Origin: Microgenomates group bacterium
GTDB taxonomy: Bacteria > Patescibacteriota > Microgenomatia > UBA10105 > UBA927
Assembly (NCBI GenBank): GCA_049287205.1
Contig: JBAQFJ010000001.1
Span: forward strand, 319,041 to 383,040
Direction of reading: 5' to 3'
DNA: 64,000 nt
This document shows, piece after piece, positions 60,055-64,000 of the stretch. Below the pieces are notes generated by a model that saw nothing but the letters and a program-made list of their open reading frames with translations, did no database searches and was not told where the DNA came from. Positions within the stretch are counted from its first letter, which is position 1. Each line of letters opens with the position of its first letter. The position numbers were made by a program, and so were the translations under genes.

Positions 60055-60648
60055 TTACTTAGCTACAAACCAAGAAGGATCAAGAGTGCCATCATGTGTT
60101 TGATCATTCACTTCGGCAGCAACAATAGTTTGCGTGTTTTTTATTTCAGCAAATATTGAAGCAGCATGTATCGGATTATATTTGATTACCGATGCATTAT
60201 TGAGTGTTGCAATCGTATCTGTTATTTTCATGAGTTCATTTTGCATATGCTGGAGATGCGAAAGTCGAAAAAGAATGCTAAGTTCTTTAGAAATTGGTAT
60301 ATTTCCTTTCATCAAATCTGAGTGCAAAACGTTGTGTAGCACCTCTTCTTGATATTCGATTTTTGCCAACAGAATATCATTATCCCTTTTGACCGATTGA
60401 TCAACAAAAAATGCATTATATGGATGGACGAAAATGAGATTGAATAGCAAGCCTAAAAATACCAATATATTTCCTGTAATGGTTAATATCTGGAGTGTAT
60501 TAACATTTTTTTTCTTTGAAGGTGGATTTAATGCTGCGTCTATCTCTTTTTCATTCCAACCACGACTGATAAGTGTCTTTTTTATTTCTTCACAGCTTAC
60601 TTTCAATAATTTTTGTTGAAGGATATAGGAGGTAAGTTTTTCGTTCAT
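60055..60648 (-). CDS. Hypothetical single-pass membrane protein
   Basis: 197 aa: an N-terminal soluble segment, one transmembrane segment (LQILTITGNILVFLGLLFNLIFV) and a C-terminal domain. Confidence 0.4.
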   Translation of the reverse strand: MNEKLTSYILQQKLLKVSCEEIKKTLISRGWNEKEIDAALNPPSKKKNVNTLQILTITGNILVFLGLLFNLIFVHPYNAFFVDQSVKRDNDILLAKIEYQEEVLHNVLHSDLMKGNIPISKELSILFRLSHLQHMQNELMKITDTIATLNNASVIKYNPIHAASIFAEIKNTQTIVAAEVNDQTHDGTLDPSWFVAK

Positions 60649-60692
60649 ACATGTATCGTACCCCCTTTTTTTATAGATATCAATTCATGTAG

Positions 60693-62405
60693 TTAGGCAT
60701 GTAAAAAGAGTCCAAGAATCGTTATTGGGGACATAAACAGCAATGCTGGTAGATCTTCAATAGTCAGTTTTCCGTCACGGTTGAAATCAAACGGATAGAG
60801 CCTTTTCACTGACCAGTTGTTGTTGTTTTCCTGCATAGTAACGATTGCTTGCCGCGGCAGATAATACGGGACAAGGACAACCACGCGATATTGATGACTT
60901 GGAGCCACCTGATAGAGTCCGGTGATATTTAGATGATTATTCTGGATATCCACATCTGTAAATTTATGAAGGAGCGTGTCTTTCAAATCATAGAGCAGCA
61001 CCGTCGCCTTTTGGTTGTCACTGTTTTTTCTCCACCCGAGCGTTACGGACAAATCTGCAGATGGCGGTGGGATGATATGCATGGTTTTGGATTCAACAGG
61101 GATGCGCATTTCACCATGGGTAATCATGACCGTGATTTGATAGTCCCCTTCTATTTTTGGAGTTTTTATGTACGCTCGAATCATCCCAGACCCGTTTGGT
61201 TCAACGATTGGCAGACTGTCTGTGAATCCATCAAATGTATTGGATTCATCGCGAATGGTGAGTACATACCCATCATCAGGATCAATGATACTTTGGCCAA
61301 TATTTTTTATTTCCGTTTCTAATGTATACGTGGAATTGATGACTAAGGTGTCTGGTAACAAGGGAGAAGTAAATAGAAATTGCTCGTGTTGTTTGGGCGT
61401 ACCTTTTTGTTTTTCAATTCCTTTGTATGTGTAGTAGTGATCGTAGTATTCAGAGGAATTCAGTTTTTTCCATGAGAAATGATCAAATGGATTATCCTGA
61501 TAGTTTAAAATAAACGGCGTGATGGCAACGATTGTAGAATCACTCCACACCCCTATGTTTGCCACTTTTATATATTCACTAATTGTTTCAGGGGTCAGCA
61601 TCCGTGTATCCACATATTTTCCGTATCTATGTTCCCAACCCGTTTCTGTGATAAATACAGGAAGTTGTTTTGTGACGCCAAAAGAGCGCAAAAGTGACAG
61701 CTCCCAGCGAAATGTTGCAAGAGTCCCTTTTCCCGTATCCAGCGGGCTTCCTGAAAACGCGGGATTGGGGTATGCATGAGACGTGAGTCCATCAATATAT
61801 GTTGCGATATCAGGGTGCGCTTCAAAGAGATTTGTCATGTATGTTTTTTCATCCATAGTGCCTGCCGTATTAGATGCTGACGCATCAAGGCCTGCGGGAA
61901 GGATAAAAAAGTCAGGAGATGCAGTTTTCAACGCTTTGGAAAATTTGATGAGCATGTCCCCGTAACTTGCAGGGTCTAAGGTATTTCCCCATTCATTTGC
62001 ATGATTTGGCTCGTTGAACAGAATGACGTATCGGTTTTCAACCGGCCAATTCAAACTGTTCAAGAAATCCACCCATTTGTCGATATTGTGTTCTTCAGGG
62101 ATAATCCATGCGTCCCCTTGTGCGTGGGTGGCAATACGAACCAGAGGAATCAGATGTTTTCTGCGCATGACATTGAAGATTTCCTGCCATTTGCTTTTGT
62201 TCATGTCCGTATCTGGCACAACAAGTGTGACGTATCCCCAATCGCCATTTGTTGAATTGATGAGTTCAGAAGCAGCCGTCACATCGCCAAGGTCAGTGAT
62301 GTGGATTCCATATTTGTTGTTTGGGACGGATAACGGGTCATAGATGGCCTGAACGTTGGTGTGAAACAAAAAGAAAAAAATGATGGCAATAAGAAGTTGA
62401 AACAT
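60693..62405 (-). CDS. Membrane-anchored glycoside hydrolase, clan GH-A (TIM-barrel, GH5-like)
   Basis: N-terminal transmembrane anchor. A candidate acid/base residue in ILFNEPNHANEWG and a candidate nucleophile in VFITETGWEH, about 130 aa apart, plus a C-terminal beta-rich domain. The start is taken at MFQLLIA to avoid overlap with tRNA-Arg. Confidence 0.5.
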   Translation of the reverse strand: MFQLLIAIIFFFLFHTNVQAIYDPLSVPNNKYGIHITDLGDVTAASELINSTNGDWGYVTLVVPDTDMNKSKWQEIFNVMRRKHLIPLVRIATHAQGDAWIIPEEHNIDKWVDFLNSLNWPVENRYVILFNEPNHANEWGNTLDPASYGDMLIKFSKALKTASPDFFILPAGLDASASNTAGTMDEKTYMTNLFEAHPDIATYIDGLTSHAYPNPAFSGSPLDTGKGTLATFRWELSLLRSFGVTKQLPVFITETGWEHRYGKYVDTRMLTPETISEYIKVANIGVWSDSTIVAITPFILNYQDNPFDHFSWKKLNSSEYYDHYYTYKGIEKQKGTPKQHEQFLFTSPLLPDTLVINSTYTLETEIKNIGQSIIDPDDGYVLTIRDESNTFDGFTDSLPIVEPNGSGMIRAYIKTPKIEGDYQITVMITHGEMRIPVESKTMHIIPPPSADLSVTLGWRKNSDNQKATVLLYDLKDTLLHKFTDVDIQNNHLNITGLYQVAPSHQYRVVVLVPYYLPRQAIVTMQENNNNWSVKRLYPFDFNRDGKLTIEDLPALLFMSPITILGLFLHA

Positions 62406-62459
62406 ACAGAGCAAAACGATACTTAACTGCGTTTGCGACAGCCGCGTTTGACGCGGACG

Positions 62460-62534
62460 TGGCGCTCCTGGGGGGAATCGAACCTCCATTTAACCCTTAG
62501 AAGGGGCTTGTTCTATCCGTTGAACTACGGGAGC
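62460..62534 (-). tRNA. tRNA-Arg (anticodon TCT) with an encoded CCA
   Basis: Manual fold: GCTCCCG acceptor with one C.A mismatch, anticodon loop CTTCTAA, a T-stem with one A.C mismatch, 3' end GCCA. Confidence 0.65.
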
Positions 62535-62578
62535 TACTGGGTAATTATACTACATGGAAGGCTATAGTGAGTTAGCTA

Positions 62579-62604
62579 TAAAAAAACAGGCGCGAGGCCT
62601 GTTT
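62579..62604 (-). terminator. Hairpin plus U-tract immediately downstream of tRNA-Gly (could act in either direction)
   Basis: AACAGGC-CTCGC-GCCTGTT with an A/T run on both flanks. Confidence 0.6.
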
Positions 62605-62611
62605 TATTATG

Positions 62612-62683
62612 AGCGGCATAGGGGAATCGGACCCCTTACATCAACTTTGGAAAAGTTGCGTTCTACCAGTGAACTAATGCCGC
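62612..62683 (-). tRNA. tRNA-Gly (anticodon TCC)
   Basis: Manual fold: perfect 7-bp acceptor GCGGCAT/ATGCCGC, anticodon loop TTTCCAA, T-arm AGGGG-TCCGATT-CCCCT, discriminator U. Confidence 0.8.
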
Positions 62684-62706
62684 GAACAAAAGCTATTATA
62701 CCAAAC

Positions 62707-63147
62707 TTATTTGTTATACAAAACCGTGTCCCCGATTTTGATCCCGTACTGCTCTACTTCCCCTGCGTTGAGCTCCAGTATCTTATCGACCGGCAAAAGC
62801 GGTTTGACGACGTGCATATTCAGTCCGTCTGCAGGCTGTACGTTTTTGGTGATGTCGACGATTTTGTTGCCGTCGAGCCAAATAAAATCCAACGGGAAGT
62901 TCATGCCCTTCATCCAAAACGGAAATATTTCTTTATGGTCATAGACAAACAGCATGCCGTGTTTCGGTGCAAGTGTTTTTCTGTACCCTAATCCTTTTTC
63001 TTTTTCTATTGCCGTGACTGCAAGATCGACGGTGAAGAGGGTATCATTGATTTTGACGGTACCGCTTAACGGATGTCTGGTGTAAAACCAGATGGAAAAA
63101 ACAACAATGATGAGGATGCCTGCGATGATAAGAAATTTTGGTTGCAT
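62707..63147 (-). CDS. DUF192 (COG1430) family protein with an N-terminal transmembrane or signal anchor
   Basis: FPFWMKGMNFPLDFIWLDGN resembles the DUF192 core. Confidence 0.55.
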   Translation of the reverse strand: MQPKFLIIAGILIIVVFSIWFYTRHPLSGTVKINDTLFTVDLAVTAIEKEKGLGYRKTLAPKHGMLFVYDHKEIFPFWMKGMNFPLDFIWLDGNKIVDITKNVQPADGLNMHVVKPLLPVDKILELNAGEVEQYGIKIGDTVLYNK

Positions 63148-63151
63148 ACTG

Positions 63152-64000
63152 TTATTGTATACGGTTTGTCAGGTACTCGACAAATGAACCAAACAGTTCC
63201 TGTTCTGTCTGTCTCATGGGGATTCGTTCGATCGCTTCCATCGCTGATTTTTTATATTCCTCAATCATCGTGGCAATTTTTTCATCAATATGATGCTCTT
63301 TTACTTTCTCCTGTACCCAGGCAATATCATTTGGTGTCGTATCCCCTTTTGCAAAAAGTTCGTTGATGTGGGAGAAAACGGTTTCGTCACCAAGTTGTCT
63401 CAGGAAAAATATATAGGGAGTCTGTTTTCCTTCTTTGATATCCGTTCCGATTGCCTTCCCAGTTTCTTTCGGATCGCCAAACAAATCAAGTCTGTCATCA
63501 ACGAGTTGATATGCAATGCCGATATTCTCGCTGAATTTTGCAAGATGTTTGAGGGTTGCTTCGTTTGCATTTGCAAGTGTCGCGCCTGCGGTCAGAGGTA
63601 GCAGTACTGAATATCGTGCTGTTTTGTTTCGATATAAGCTTAGTATCTCATTAATATTTTTTACTTCTTTGCTACTTGCACCGAGCACAACGTCCTGCAT
63701 TTGTGCGTAGGTAAGGAGCGTATATTCTTTGGAAAATAAATGGATAATCGGTTTTGTGGTCTCTTCGTCTATCAGTTCACTTAAGAGTTTGAAGCCCAAG
63801 AAAAACGCCGCATCGCCGATACAGATCCCAAGTGATTTTCCTGTATTTTTCGGATATCGGGAATTTTGCTTCATCATGAGTTCGGTATATGCGGCATGAA
63901 TGGATGGTTTCCCACGTCTAAGGTCTGCATTGTCGATAATGTCATCATGGATGAGAATTGCTGATGACATAATCTCCGTTGCAAGCGCCAGTTTGATGCA
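63152..64000 (-). CDS. Polyprenyl diphosphate synthase (trans-isoprenyl diphosphate synthase), 5' end beyond the window
   Basis: First DDxxD motif (DDIIDNADLRRGKPS) and second motif (LVDDRLDLFGD). The reading frame is still open at position 64000. Confidence 0.8.
   Translation of the reverse strand, partial: CIKLALATEIMSSAILIHDDIIDNADLRRGKPSIHAAYTELMMKQNSRYPKNTGKSLGICIGDAAFFLGFKLLSELIDEETTKPIIHLFSKEYTLLTYAQMQDVVLGASSKEVKNINEILSLYRNKTARYSVLLPLTAGATLANANEATLKHLAKFSENIGIAYQLVDDRLDLFGDPKETGKAIGTDIKEGKQTPYIFFLRQLGDETVFSHINELFAKGDTTPNDIAWVQEKVKEHHIDEKIATMIEEYKKSAMEAIERIPMRQTEQELFGSFVEYLTNRIQ

Noticed and set aside
62406-62489. N-terminal extension of the glycoside hydrolase ORF (MEVRFPPGAPRPRQTR...)
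   Set aside because: It overlaps tRNA-Arg(TCT). The Met at 62405, followed by a transmembrane helix, is the plausible start.

Overview
This 64 kb window is gene-dense bacterial chromosome at roughly 43-45% GC, read in the standard genetic code with no in-frame stop-codon readthrough. The gene content points to a reduced-genome, monoderm-like bacterium, plausibly Candidate Phyla Radiation (CPR) / Patescibacteria, though I cannot prove that. The clues are a complete type IV pilus (T4P) locus with no outer-membrane secretin, a sortase beside a giant LPXTG surface protein, a trigger factor that appears to lack the PPIase domain, a short ThrRS, a folate-salvage cluster with no de novo folate genes, and an [FeFe]-hydrogenase.

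Contents in order:
- 1-5232: gyrB, an H+-pyrophosphatase (hppA) and a partial gyrA, plus holB (delta-prime).
- 6031-17236: the T4P locus on the plus strand: pilB, pilT, pilC, the major pilin, pilD, five minor pilins, a PilX-like gene, pilM, pilN and pilO.
- 17233-23110: a minus-strand housekeeping block of trmD, a KH-domain gene, rpsP, rnc, nusB, rpmF, recG and tyrS.
- 23537-24046: tRNA-Tyr preceded by a T-box riboswitch leader.
- 24104-26686: a class A PBP.
- 26683-33010: the thrS-infC-rpmI-rplT-pheS-pheT cluster.
- 33769-41679: a methyltransferase, a sortase and two surface proteins, one of them 1936 aa.
- 41780-48118: alr, trigger factor, several hypothetical genes, two paralogous GH73-like hydrolases and a GIY-YIG nuclease, interleaved with tRNA genes.
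- 48170-54368: a folate / one-carbon cluster of folD, fhs, glyA, a 5-formyl-THF cyclo-ligase and folC, with an adjacent candidate transporter.
- 54381-58698: an [FeFe]-hydrogenase HydA, a NuoF-like subunit and an unknown membrane protein.
- 59474-64000: a cupin, a GH-A glycosidase, three tRNA genes, a DUF192 protein and a partial polyprenyl synthase.

I found nine tRNA genes and no CRISPR array. The most notable non-coding signals are:
- a T-box leader placed ahead of tRNA-Tyr and tyrS;
- a roughly 80-nt structured element present in two copies, upstream of tRNA-Tyr/tyrS and upstream of pheST;
- consensus promoters set so close to their start codons that rpmI, pheS and the PBP gene look leaderless;
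- a family of small palindromic hairpins with TCAAA/TTTGA loops;
- a truncated tRNA-Leu fragment.
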